Of a stretch of 64,000 bases of DNA, positions 52,201-63,656 are shown piece by piece. The notes beneath the pieces were generated by a model. The model was not told where the DNA came from, did no database searches, and was given only the letters and a program-made list of their open reading frames with translations. Both the position numbers and the translations under genes were made by a program. Every line of letters starts with the position of its first letter. Within the stretch, counting starts at the first letter, position 1. This DNA is from Amphiscolops sp. MND2022 (Eukaryota): the NCBI GenBank assembly GCA_964187785.1, contig OZ076417.1, positions 24,800,001-24,864,000 of the forward strand, read 5' to 3'.

Positions 52201-55200
52201 CCAGCACATTCACCCAGTGACGACATTGGCCGACGCAGCGCAGCACATGGCTGGAAAACGATACTTCTGCAAACTGGACTGTTCGCAAGGGTATCACTGC
52301 TTGCAGATGGCAGATGAACAATCAGTCCAGTTACTCACCTTCAACTTCGGAAGTAAGACGTTCGCCTACCTCAGACTAGCTCAAGGACTGAACAGATCAC
52401 TATCAGCCTTCAATAGTACTGTTCGAGAGTAATTGGACCCTCTACTGTAATTGGCCTGAAACTGTCAATGGCTAAATGCGCTTTCGGACACCGTGAAATC
52501 GAATTCTTGAAACGAAGCATTACCTCCAAGGGAGTCGCACCCATTGAAGAAAAATAGGACCAATTCTTGAAAAACATCAAATTGCCGATGTCCGTGAAGT
52601 CACTACAACGCTATATCGGATTTGTGCAATTTTACCGCCAGTACATACCGAAGTTAGCAGAGAAACTGGTTCCTCTATACAAGTTGTTACAGAAAGACGT
52701 GAAGTATGAACTCACCCAAATTCACCCTCCAAAACACCCAGACAAGACGATGATGAGGCCGAGTACATCCCAGAAGAAGACGATATACCTGACAACACCA
52801 CACCACAGAACCCTACGATGCAAACCCTACTAGCAATGTTCCCGCGACAACATCATAAAGATGACGAACGGTACCGCAGACGTATTGACGAAATCCAATC
52901 CCAGATGCAACCTTTTGTGACGCCCTCTGACCCAACTCTCTTCTTCACCCGATTCACCGACGGACCCAGGTTCACACGGTAAATCAAGTATGCGGCTCAG
53001 GGATTTCAGAAATTGTTAGGGCTCAAGGCTTAAATAGTGACGTCCACAGTATGATAAGAATACTCACTACCAAAGAAACTCCCCCAAGCCAAGTGAACTT
53101 TACAAGTACTTTTTTTCAAAAACTCTACAAAAACCGAAAAAGACTTGAAGTTGTCAACAACGTTTTGTACAGGCAGTTTTTTGACAACGTGGGAAACCTG
53201 ACTTGTCGACAAATTTACCGAAGCCATAATCAGGACGATACATTGCCAACCTATGCGGGGACACCACGGAGCTTCTAAAATGTTAGCTGAACTCAGGAAA
53301 AAGTACTACGCCCCAAACTTAGTGGAGAAGGTGCAACGGTTTGTAAACAACTGTTAAACTTGCATAAAATCAAAACTTGTTAAAAGTGACACTATAACTC
53401 CGCCACGACCTATGCAATGGTCCAGAAGACATTTTGGAAATCGACTTGGTTGGTGAATTACCACGATCTGATGGGTACTCTCCCATTCTGACGGTCTGTG
53501 TCTATTTCTCTCGCTATCTGTTTGCCATCCCAATCCGAAGTCCTGATATGAAATCTGTAGTTGACGCTCTGATAGATATTTTCTCTAAACACGCATATGT
53601 CCCCCAACATGTCATTACAAATAAAGGATTAGCTTGCACGTCACAAGTCATAGAAGAACTGATGAGCCAAGCAGGTATTCAAGTGTCTCACGCTACAATC
53701 AAACACGCTCAAACTATTGGGATGATTGTACGATCGCATCAGAAGCTGAAACAGATCTTGAAAATAAACGTCTCTGCTGGCCGGCCCAAGTGGGACCGCT
53801 ACGTTAACCTCGCTGTGATGGCTCATAATACGACTTATCACCAAACCTTAAAATACACTCCAACTGAAATTTTCAATGGTCGTGTACCATACAAGGTCTT
53901 AGATCTCAAATTCAGTAACCCTTTGAGTAGTTCACGGAACGCTACTGACGTTCAACCTCTCATTGATATTCTTAACTCCAAATTCAAAGAGACCCATGCC
54001 AACATATATAAAGTTTTTCACAAGTTCAAGGCGTATTATGATCGCAAGGCACAAGCGTCACCTCTTAAAGTGAATGACTTTGCCTTTTTACTGAACCCCG
54101 AAATCAACTCTGATTAGTAGTTACCCTCCAGCTACGATCAGTCAACGGGAAAATTAAAAACAAGCTACTCGAACTGAAAACAACTCAAAAGATTGTCATC
54201 CAACACAACCAACAAGTGTTCGTCCCAGTGGTGATTGAACGCGACTTAGGCGACATCACTGGTAGTGTAGAAGGACTACCCGCCTTTGAAAGACGTTCAC
54301 ACCTGATAGTGTCCCCGGCTCTCAGCGAGACGCAGGAGGGTCGGACTCATGTCCAAATCACCAACCCACTTGATTATCAGATAACCATCAATATGGACAC
54401 TGCATTAGCATCATTCAAGATCATGACACCAAAACAAGCCAAAATTCTACAACCGATGACTGGACACCAACTCAATCTGATCTCACGGTACCCAGATGAG
54501 GCCGAAGCAGTTTTGAATCAAATATTCCAGGATCCAAGATCAGACAGAAGATGGTACCCTACCCCTGAGATAAGTGATGACCCGTCAAAACTCAACAAGA
54601 TCGAACGACGTATCTAAGACGAGATCATCAAACTCAGGGAGGAGGAGAAATTGGATCCAACTGTAAACGAAGAACAACGACAGGAATTGCTGGCAAACTT
54701 TCAGTGGGAATAATCAATCCTGAGCCAACACCAGAGGTAGACAATTGACGCTCTACTGGTCAAGTACCATGACATCTTTGCCAGGCACAGACTGGATATA
54801 GGGATCAACACTGAGTTCAAGATAAAATTGACTCCCAAGCACGACGAACCAGTCTATGCTGAAAGCATACCCACCCCGACGAACCTGAAAGATGACTTAC
54901 TAGTTGAATTGGCACTGATGCAGGAGTACGGTATCATCACCACGTTACCATACAGTAAGTACTCATCAGCCATCTTCGCCCAGCGTAAACCGATCGGGAA
55001 GCTTAGAATTCTAGTCGACCTCAGACGGATCAATCACTTACTGAAGAATGGCTGCAACCAGCACAACCACCCAGTGACGACATTGGCCGACGCAGCGCAG
55101 CACATGGCTGGAAAACGATACTTCTGCAAACTGGACTGTTCGCAAGGGTATCACTGCTTGCAGATGGCAGATGAACAATCAGTCCAGTTACTCACCTTCA

Positions 55201-58200
55201 ACTTCGGAAGTAAGACGTTCGCCTACCTCAGACTAGCTCAAGGACTGAACAGATCACTATCAGCCTTCAATAGTACTGTTCGAGAGTAATTGGACCCTCT
55301 ACTGTAATTGGCCTGAAACTGTCAATGGCTAAATGCGCTTTCGGACACCCTGAAATCGAATTCTTGAAACGAAGCATTACCTCCAAGGGAGTCGCACCCA
55401 TTGAAGAAAAATAGGACCAATTCTTGAAAAACATCAAATTGCCGATGTCCGTGAAGTCACTACAACGCTATATCGGATTTGTGCAATTTTACCGCCAGTA
55501 CATACCGAAGTTAGCAGAGAAACTGGTTCCTCTATACAAGTTGTTACAGAAAGACGTGAAGTATGAACTCACCCAAATTCACCCTCCAAAACACCCAGAC
55601 AAGACGATGATGAGGCCGAGTACATCCCAGAAGAAGACGATATACCTGACAACACCACACCACAGAACCCTACGATGCAAACCCTACTAGCAATGTTCCC
55701 GCGACAACATCATAAAGATGACGAACGGTACCGCAGACGTATTGACGAAATCCAATCCCAGATGCAACCTTTTGTGACGCCCTCTGACCCAACTCTCTTC
55801 TTCACCCGATTCACCGACGGACCCAGGTTCACACGGTAAATCAAGTATGCGGCTCAGGGACTTCAGAAATTGTTAGGGCTCAAGGCTTAAATAGTGACGT
55901 CCAACGTATGATAAGAATACTCACTACCAAAGAAACTCCCCCAAGCCAAGTGAACTTTACAAGTACTTTTTTTCAAAAACTCTACAAAAACCGAAAAAGA
56001 CTTGAAGTTGTCAACAACGTTTTGTACAGGCAATTTTTTGACAACGTGGGAAACCTGACTTGTCGACAAATTTACCGAAGCCATAATCAGGACGATACAT
56101 TGCCAACCTATGCGGGGACACCACGGAGCTTCTAAAATGTTAGCTGAACTCAGGAAAAAGTACTACGCCCCAAACTTAGTGGAGAAGGTGCAACGGTTTG
56201 TAAACAACTGTTAAACTTGCATAAAATCAAAACTTGTTAAAAGTGACACTATAACTCCGCCACGACCTATGCAATGGTCCAGAAGACATTTTGGAAATCG
56301 ACTTGGTTGGTGAATTACCACGATCTGATGGGTACTCTCGCATTCTGACGGTCTGTGTCTATTTCTCTCGCTATCTGTTTGCCATCCCAATCCGAAGTCC
56401 TGATATGAAATCTGTAGTTGACGCTCTGATAGATATTTTCTCTAAACACGCATATGTCCCCCAACATGTCATTACAAATAAAGGATTAGCTTGCACGTCA
56501 CAAGTCATAGAAGAACTGATGAGCCAAGCAGGTATTCAAGTGTCTCACGCTACAATCAAACACGCTCAAACTATTGGGATGATTGTACGATCGCATCAGA
56601 AGCTGAAACAGATCTTGAAAATAAACGTCTCTGCTGGCCGGCCCAAGTGGGACAGCTACGTTAACCTCGCTGTGATGGCTCATAATACGACTTATCACCA
56701 AACCTTAAAATACACTCCAACTGAAATTTTCAATGGTCGTGTACCATACAAGGTCTTAGATCTCAAATTCAGTAACCCTTTGAGTAGTTCACGGAACGCT
56801 ACTGACGTTCAATCTCTCATTGATATACTTAACTCCAAATTCAAAGAGACCCATGCCAACATATATAAAGTCTTTCACAAGTTCAAGGCGTATTATGATC
56901 GCAAGGCACAAGCGTCACCTCTTAAAGTGAATGACTTTGCCTTTTTACTGAACCCCGAAATCAACTCTCAGTTTGACAAAGTACCTTTCAACTCCTTCAA
57001 GTGGGAGGGACCTTACTAAGTAGTGAAAGTACTATCAAACTCAAATTACTTTGTCAGGAAAGTTGGATCATTCAAGACGAAGTGCGTGCATAGAATGCGG
57101 CTCCGCCCTTTTGTACCACATAGTCCGATTGAAGACATGGAAGACGATACGAACCGTCACTATAGCGATCCTGATGCGATAGACGACCAAGTGATCTTCA
57201 ACGAGAACCTACTGGACCAAGATCGAACAATACCCACAGACAACGTAGGTAATATTGATTTCAATGAACCTGAAGCACTTGATTCCGAACACGGTCTGAT
57301 TTACTATGAACACGGGCAAGTTCAAGTAGAACCGCGTCTATCAAACCCCATACCTGAAATTAGGCACAACGAAACAACACTCCAAACTGAATGCGAAAAT
57401 CACATTCCTGACCAAAATGAACAGACTTCCAATGACGTACCGTCCCCTACGTCACCAACGGAAACGTCTGTACCGACAACGCGCAATAACGCAACTCGAT
57501 ACAGCCTGAGAGAAGCACCAGCACCCAAAACGAAGGACAACTTTCTCGTTCACGAACTGCAAGCAAAACCAGCTCTTCTGAATTTCATGAGGCGAAAATC
57601 TGTAGATTACGAATAATTTTACGTTGACATTTATGGTGCCTTACAGTCCTCAACATGTAACCTTCATGTTATATCACAGTCCCTACTGGTCCCAATCTGG
57701 CCTCGACAGTAGCTTTCACAAGGCCAGACATCTGCTTCGACAAATGAAGTACGACTGCATAAATCTGGCAACCCAGAAGACGTCTTAGCAGCTCCCTCAT
57801 CGCTACCACCAATCAGATGCCGCAACACAACGACAATTTCTTCAGGACTCAAACTTCCTGCAAACAGATAACCAGGCGATACCTTTGCTGAAAGCACTAA
57901 TGGGTACGTGTTTGTTACCGGGATGTACAATTGATAGTGACGTTGGAAGGACAAACTCATCCTACACATCCAACGAATTACGCAATACGCTCATTAAACA
58001 AAAAGATACGTTTTTACATATCACTTACGGAAAACATCACTGAGGGTCACTTCTGAGAGAGAATTGAGTGTGTCCGAGATCACTGACAGTTCTTTCGAAG
58101 AACCAACAGCACGTCGGAATAACACCCTCGCCTATCAGCTCTGCTGCAAACCTCATCGGACAGATCAATAGCAGAAAAAAAACGAATCTGACAAAATAAT

Positions 58201-61200
58201 CTGAAAAGAGTGGAATTTAATAACGCTAGAATAGGTGCAGTTGCGATTTACCAAGGATCAATGCCTCTTTAATATATCATGCGGACTGATCACCCTCCAT
58301 TACGACGCCAATCGGGGTTTTGATTTTTTCAAGAATTGAAAAAATTGGTTTTCGCACCTACCAAAATGTGTTTTCAGGTATTGACAAACGTTGTGCACTT
58401 CAAAGAAAATGGCAGTGCCGCCAAAATGATTGTAGAAATCACACACTAATATTAGCAGTGCAACAGTGAAGTTTTCGAGGGGGTATTTAATTGAAACATT
58501 CTACTTAAACAATTCTGGAGGCGTTACAAAATCATTTGTTTCATTACAATTACTAGGAAGTTTTTAGAATTCGGCAAACAGGGGATATATATTGTGAAAA
58601 CCAATTCAACATATTCAACAAAATTATTCATATACAAAAGGAAGAATTCACAAATTTCTTTTCGATGAATTCATACGAAACGAAGAATCCACAAAAATTT
58701 AGTAACTCCAATAAGTGACCTAATTAGCGAAGAATCCACGCCAACTAATAATTGCTTAGTGAAGAATCCACACAATTTCAAGAATCGAGAGAAAAGAGAG
58801 AAATTTTCTTTTGGCGATTCTTCGCAGGTTACACACGGTATTAGCGCAAGAATCCAGAAATTTATTTCACTCCTTTTTTCTCATTTCTTGAAACGCATGT
58901 GTTATAATGCAGTTGAAGAATCCACATAAGACTACAACAATTTTGTTGCAGTCACTGTTTTTCCTCGATTGGCGTCGTAATGTCATCATTTATGATACAG
59001 AGGTAACCAACCTACTACAAAAAGAATTCCTAATTCTTGAATGTCTACTCAAAACATATTCAATTACCAAAGGAGATTCACATTCCGAGCAAACTCAACT
59101 AAAATCGCCAATTTATATTTACTACCAGAGCCTATTATTTCCTATATCCACTTGATCAAGAAGCTTTCACTCGGTATGCCGCATTTGCTATAGCAGAAGA
59201 ATTACGACAATGATTAACTATAGTGAATGATCAAATCAGAAATCCACTTGTAACTGCCTATGACAAAGTTTCGGTGTTCAAAGTGTATTGTGAAGTCATG
59301 TTCTTCCCCTACGAATAACCGAACAAAAGCACTCACCGCCACGAAGCTCTTGTTTCCAGTTTATTCAACATGACTATAAATACTCCAACAATCAATTCAG
59401 CGCACGATTGGATGACGTGGCAATTCAAGCTACATCGACCGCATACTTACTTCTCATGACGTCACTACAACCATACACGAACTTTTGTTTACGTCACTTT
59501 GGCTCTCAAATTGACTTTTTCACGCGTTCTAGTATCTACGAAGCTCAACATATCAATGCCGTTACTACCAAAACACCTTCAACGTATTCGAAATCTCCTC
59601 CAACCCCAGTACGTTACTTTCTTTTTCAAGGAGGGGGAGTGTCATGCCGTGAGCATGATCTGAATTATCGGAATACAATAACGGTGTTAACTGTACAGCA
59701 TTGAATGATCGCTGACACGATTTGAATCACCGAAATACAGTGCCGCTGCCAGTCATACAGCGTCAAACGATTCCAACTGCAGAAAATGAACACGAACGAA
59801 GAGTGATGCTGTCTAACATACAGCATCATAGCGCGGAAAAAAAAACCAATAATCGTACGAAATCAAACAACTCTATCTGCACGAAATACAATTGAGCGAA
59901 GAAGTGACGTGGTCAACTACACAACGTCACGAGACTGAAATACGAAACGGAAAAGAGAAAACAAATGAATTCATTTATGATGCTGCCGACCTCACTGCAT
60001 CATAAAAACCGATCATACCAGAAAAGAGGAAATCAATAGTGATGCTGCCAACCCTACCGTATCATATGGCGTGATCATCTTAAGTTACATGAATTTACTA
60101 ATGATGCTACCAACCTCACAGCATCATATGGAATACACAAATTTAACAGTGATGCTGTCAACTGCACTACATCACAAAGTACAGAAATGGAATGTTTTCA
60201 TACTCTATGCATGATGAAAATCAATGATGATGATGTCAACAACACAACGTCACGGAGGAAGATGAACTGCGGTAAGCATGATATGGCTTAGTGATGATGT
60301 CAAACACACAGCATCAAACGGAAGTGACGGTCAAAATTACAAGCGAACGAAATGAAATTTGGTAGACGACACATCATCACAAGACAAAAAGGAGACTGAA
60401 ATACAAAATGAAATCGACGAACTACATGGAAACGAAAGAGATGTTGTCGGATACTCCACATCAGAAAAGTTTGAACTGGAATTAGATTTATCGTACCTTC
60501 CCGGACAGGTTGAAAATATTCCTTGCAATACTTATTTAATCCCAATCCTAAATGCAGTTTAACATACCTTTTTTTTATATCAAGTAATAATATTGCATGT
60601 CTGACCTATCCAGTCATCTAAAAAATTCCCTCCAATACTCAGATCGAAATTACTTCATTCAGTCATCGTTATTCAAATAAATATGCAGTTTCATAGAAAT
60701 TTCAAGGTATTTGATGCTTTCATATTCGGATGTACCAACATATGACTCATGTAATGGCGATAACACGCCGTAATCATAATTGATAGTAACGCCGCCATGC
60801 GACGCTATTGCGCAATTAGCACCTTGAAATACTTGCTAACACAAACTACGGTGCTGTGCCATTGGTTGAAATGTTCACGTGATGTGGTCACGTGACCAGC
60901 GTTGGTAAGTTAGTAAGAGGTGCGAGAGCACACGCGGTAACAATTGTTGCATTGTAACGTAGAGTTGACTACTACATCAATCTACTTGCGTAAAAAATTC
61001 ACCAATACTCCTTTAAAACTCCTTCTTTTAACTGAATTCATCTTTAAACTCATCTATCTTTCTTTATGGTATTAACTAGATCCAGACTACTATAACCGAC
61101 CAGAGAGAATTAGAAAACATGGATTACTCCAGCGACAACGAAGCGAATGTAGTATCCCCGAAGTCCTTACTAGGGAACAAATGATTGAATTTAATGATGG

Positions 61201-63656
61201 AGATGTACTGAATGATCAAAACAATTCTGGACGAGATTCTGTTATCCAACGTTTCTCCGACGTGAATAGACAAATAAACGAGTTAACCAATTTGGTACTT
61301 GCTTTGACTGAAACGATATGCTCCAGCATAAGAGAAGGGAACGAGTTAAACTTTGTCTCTAGTAGTCATGGGGCACGTTCCAACACACACCAAATGAGAA
61401 GTTGAAAAAACAAAGTGGTAATGCAAAGTGATCGTGTCGGTAATGTAGTGGAATGTTTTTTCAAGTTTAATTGCAGTGGTGGAACATGCATTGTTATTAT
61501 ACAAAATTTATCACCGGAATTTCACTTAAATTTTCTAGATTCTATAAACTTTATTTATGCATGCAGGCCTGCGGCATGTAAAACGTTAGTGCAGTTTCAA
61601 CTAGGGTATTCATTCGATGTGATCACCGCTTCTCACATGATACGCTAAAAATTCGCTACTTTGCAGTTATTATGCGGCTGAAGGTATTTTGCATTGAAAT
61701 GGCGGTGAAACTGATGGCAGTTTCCTTGTTTTTCAAATTAGAACTGTTTCTCAGTGGACCTTGTGAAACTTCAAGGCTCAAAACTGCCGCGAAAATGTTG
61801 CTGAATCTTTCAAGCAGCTTGATAAAAGCCGATTACATCAGGGAAATGTTTGAAAATGCAGTCAAAACGTTTGTTTTAAACTTTCGCCTCACACAAAATT
61901 GGTAATCTGGCGATAAAACCACTTGAGGCAAAAAATGCTTGAAGACAAAAATCCACTTGGCTTCAGATAATAGGGTGTTCTATTCTAGAGCCAGTGTTGA
62001 ATATACTTTCTCGTCTATAGTTGAAAACATAAATCACCGAAGAGTTTTTTGCATTTCAATGTCCAGAGAACAGAACCACGAACAAAACAGCTTTCCAGTA
62101 CGTTGCAGAAGAAAACCTTTATTTCAGAAAGGTTCTATGATGCCTACAAAGGCCAACCCTTTCCTATTTAATCTGCCTTAGCTACTTTTCATACAATTTT
62201 GGAACGTTTAGGTGTGTACGGAAAATCACAGCGTTCGAAGAAATAATAATTGTTTTTTCAGCATAAAGTGAAAGGGGACTTTTGTTTCAATTACACAAGA
62301 GCCAAAAATATCTTCTTGATTCTTTTTCGCATGTTTTTGTAGTATGATTTTTCATGACGTTCACTATTGAAACGTTTGGCTTATAAACAAACCTTATTCG
62401 CAAAAACGTTTTTAGTGTTTTTCTTTTAGAGTCACTGAAAGAATGGCTTTTCTTTTAGAGCTCCTCTAAAAGCAAGGCGTGAAATGAATAGAAATGTGTA
62501 GACGTTTTCACGCTAGAGATGTGATAAAATGTCGTAGCTATTTTATTTCGGGGCGGAAAGTATCTCACTGATCAGAGGGCGCCTTGTTTGCAAATATGAA
62601 GTTCCCCAAACCAAATTCTTGCACACTTAGGTTGAATATGAAATCAATTGGAGAAAAGTTGGGATGTGATGTCAAAAAGAAGTTTTGTGATAAGGTTTGC
62701 AGTTTTGATGTATAAATTGGCATTTAGTTCAGGAAAACATAGTAAGTGCGACAAATGTGTGCTGTTGTTAACTATTTAGTGCTAATTCTCAGCCTAATTG
62801 GCCTGCGGCTTGAGGAAAAGGGGGTCATTTTACCGGAGCAAATTTATTCCCGTTGGTTCTACAGTATAAAATTTTGCAACCCAACTTGAAAGCACTGCGC
62901 TGTTTAGGACCAGAAAGACTTGACGTCAGACTTGAAGTCATATTCATGAAATCAAGAACTTCTTGAAGGGCTGGGTAGTGGGTCTCCTTGGTTTAGTTCA
63001 GTATAATGTGTATTCTTCAGCGAACACTCAAGTGAATCCGAAGAGACGAAATAATGAACGAAAAACTCATCACTGGTAGTAAGAATCAAACAACAAAACC
63101 ATTTGCTCATATCTAAATTTGCATTTCAGGAATATACGAGAGACTCAGTACACATGAAGTCATTGACTGCAGCGGGCTACCCCATTTCCGCCATTGGACG
63201 ACACAAGATGCTTTCTCCTACATTTCCAGAATGGGCATCACCCTCGAATCCTTTTATGGACGGTCCTTTTCTATGGATCCTAAACGATGCAAACGCAAGG
63301 TAAGTCAACCTGCGAAGTATATTACGTCATATCACTTGCTGGAACCCGGAGATGAAGAGAACTTGAAACTCGCAGTGGCTCTGATTGGTCCAGTTTCTGT
63401 AAACATACGAGTGACATTGAACTTTTTTTTCTACAAATATGGAATTTTCCAAGATGTTGACTGTGAGAATGGTGAGGAAACCATCAATCATGCAATGTTG
63501 TTGGTGGGGTACGGTGTTGATCTCGAGTTTGGCGACTATTGGCAGATTCAAAATAATTGGGGCCTTGAATGGGGAGCAGTTGGGTTTGTGAAAATGTCCA
63601 GGAACTCACTTCTCAATTGCAAGATTGCTTCAGCTGCTATCTACCCTGTTGTGTGA
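31042..63656 (+). CDS. Host gene: cathepsin L-like papain-family (C1A) preproprotein, catalytic Cys replaced by Gly (predicted pseudopeptidase), 345 aa
   Basis: Exons 31042-31266, 42109-42238, 46667-46822, 63130-63656 sum to 1038 nt with no stop; GT-AG, phases 0/1/1; signal peptide, I29 prodomain, mature domain. Confidence 0.9.
31580..31915. repeat. Dispersed repeat with four AAGGGGGACCYT subrepeats
   Basis: GGGGGACC motif four times; related copy near 14470-14745. Confidence 0.65.
32350..33074. mobile_element. Diverged copy of the CCCTAG MITE
   Basis: Shares TTTATCAAGCTGC and GCGGTGATCACATC segments; degenerate termini. Confidence 0.6.
33508..35114 (+). mobile_element. Solo LTR, copy A
   Basis: TGTCGCAGAG...TACGACA; TSD CTTGG/CTTGA; gag N-terminal remnant. 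Confidence 0.9.
36610..38200 (+). mobile_element. Solo LTR, copy B
   Basis: Same termini; perfect TSD CTTGG. Confidence 0.9.
39936..40135. other. Assembly gap (200 N)
   Basis: Run of exactly 200 N, typical of a scaffold join. Confidence 0.99.
40136..40657 (+). mobile_element. 3' part of another LTR, cut by the gap
   Basis: Decayed ORF from 40282 (TTRDQKRK...SGPSKSP...STSTP) ending ...TGTAACA, like the gag leaders in the other LTRs. Confidence 0.55.
42109..42238 (+). CDS. Exon 2: rest of I29 prodomain
   Basis: TTCCAG acceptor; ISAHN...TTFADQSSEEL completes W-x2-N-x3-I-x3-N and FxD motifs. Confidence 0.88.
42349..44071. mobile_element. Non-autonomous DNA element with CCCGGGTTT termini and subterminal repeats; superfamily unassigned
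   Basis: CCCGGGTTTCCC...GGAAAACCCGGG; many GGTCCAGAGTATGG-type subrepeats; no clear TSD. Confidence 0.7.
44557..46145 (+). mobile_element. Solo LTR (1589 bp)
   Basis: TGTCTCAGGCTGCC...CATGACA; imperfect TSD CGTAT/CGTTC; remnant MPTTRKQK...DIENLDIMLG. Confidence 0.8.
46667..46822 (+). CDS. Exon 3: mature-domain start with degenerate active site
   Basis: VPDEVDW...SRDFSHYGWSFSA aligns with LPxxVDW...QGxCGSCWAFSA; phase 1-1. Confidence 0.88.
47637..49352 (+). repeat. 5' LTR of element 2
   Basis: GGTCATGCC...CCGACA; 9 differences from the 3' LTR in the first ~195 nt (~5%). Confidence 0.93.
49353..49365 (+). other. Primer-binding site TGGTGACAGGAGT
   Basis: Directly after LTR-terminal ACA; same as element 1. 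Confidence 0.85.
50534..50540 (+). promoter_or_regulatory. -1 frameshift heptamer A AAA AAC
   Basis: The -1 frame opens ORF 50543-51760 containing the protease. Confidence 0.8.
51266..56968 (+). repeat. Tandem duplication within pol (51266-54111 and 54123-56968, 2846 bp each, 11-nt filler)
   Basis: ORF pairs offset by exactly 2857; about ten substitutions seen; filler GATTAGTAGTT. Confidence 0.97.
57664..58156 (-). pseudogene. Spliced antisense cargo gene of element 2 (at least two exons); product unknown
   Basis: Minus strand ATG 58156, donor CC|GTAAGT, 67-bp intron 58028-57962, acceptor GTGTAG|G, phase 2 into ORF 57664-57969; one TGA in the first exon. Confidence 0.6.
59041..59663 (+). 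pseudogene. Decayed sense ORF crossing the PPT into the 3' LTR
   Basis: ATG 59041; needs a 1-nt frameshift near 59140 and has stops at 59211, 59316, 59457; an alternative frame is open 59408-59704. Confidence 0.45.
59628..59639 (+). other. Polypurine tract AAGGAGGGGGAG
   Basis: Directly precedes the TGT of the 3' LTR. Confidence 0.9.
59640..61385 (+). repeat. 3' LTR of element 2
   Basis: TGTCATGCC...CCAACA followed by CACAC. Confidence 0.93.
63130..63656 (+). CDS. Exon 4: remainder of mature papain domain
   Basis: LSTHEVIDCS, GPVSV, NHAMLLVGYG, YWQIQNNWG, NCKIAS...YP; TTTCAG acceptor at 63129. Confidence 0.93.

Larger units (their letters stand above)
50534..57616 (+). pseudogene. pol: Pol of element 2: fragmented; RT YxDD segment and RNase H deleted; internal duplication
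   Basis: Protease LIDTGA, RT CKLDCSQG/LAQG, integrase MEIDL and WEGPY; sequence skips from STVRE*LDPL past the YVDD segment and from ELTQIH past RNase H. Confidence 0.93.
47637..61385 (+). mobile_element. Ty3/Gypsy LTR retrotransposon, element 2 (complete, heavily decayed)
   Basis: Two ~1.7-kb LTRs, PBS, PPT, TSD CTCAC/CACAC, gag-pol remnants. Confidence 0.97.
47313..61606 (+). mobile_element. Inner CCCTAG-family MITE (TA TSD), split by element 2
   Basis: TA at 47311-12 and 61607-08; right TIR GCAGTTTCAACTAGGG. Confidence 0.75.
47107..61975 (-). mobile_element. Outer CCCTAG-family MITE, split by inner MITE and element 2
   Basis: 61609-61975 and 47107-47310 rejoin on minus strand to ...GCGGTGATCACATCGAATGAA-TA-GTTGAGAAAACAAAG..., matching the empty site near 23680-23715; outer ends approximate. 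Confidence 0.7.
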
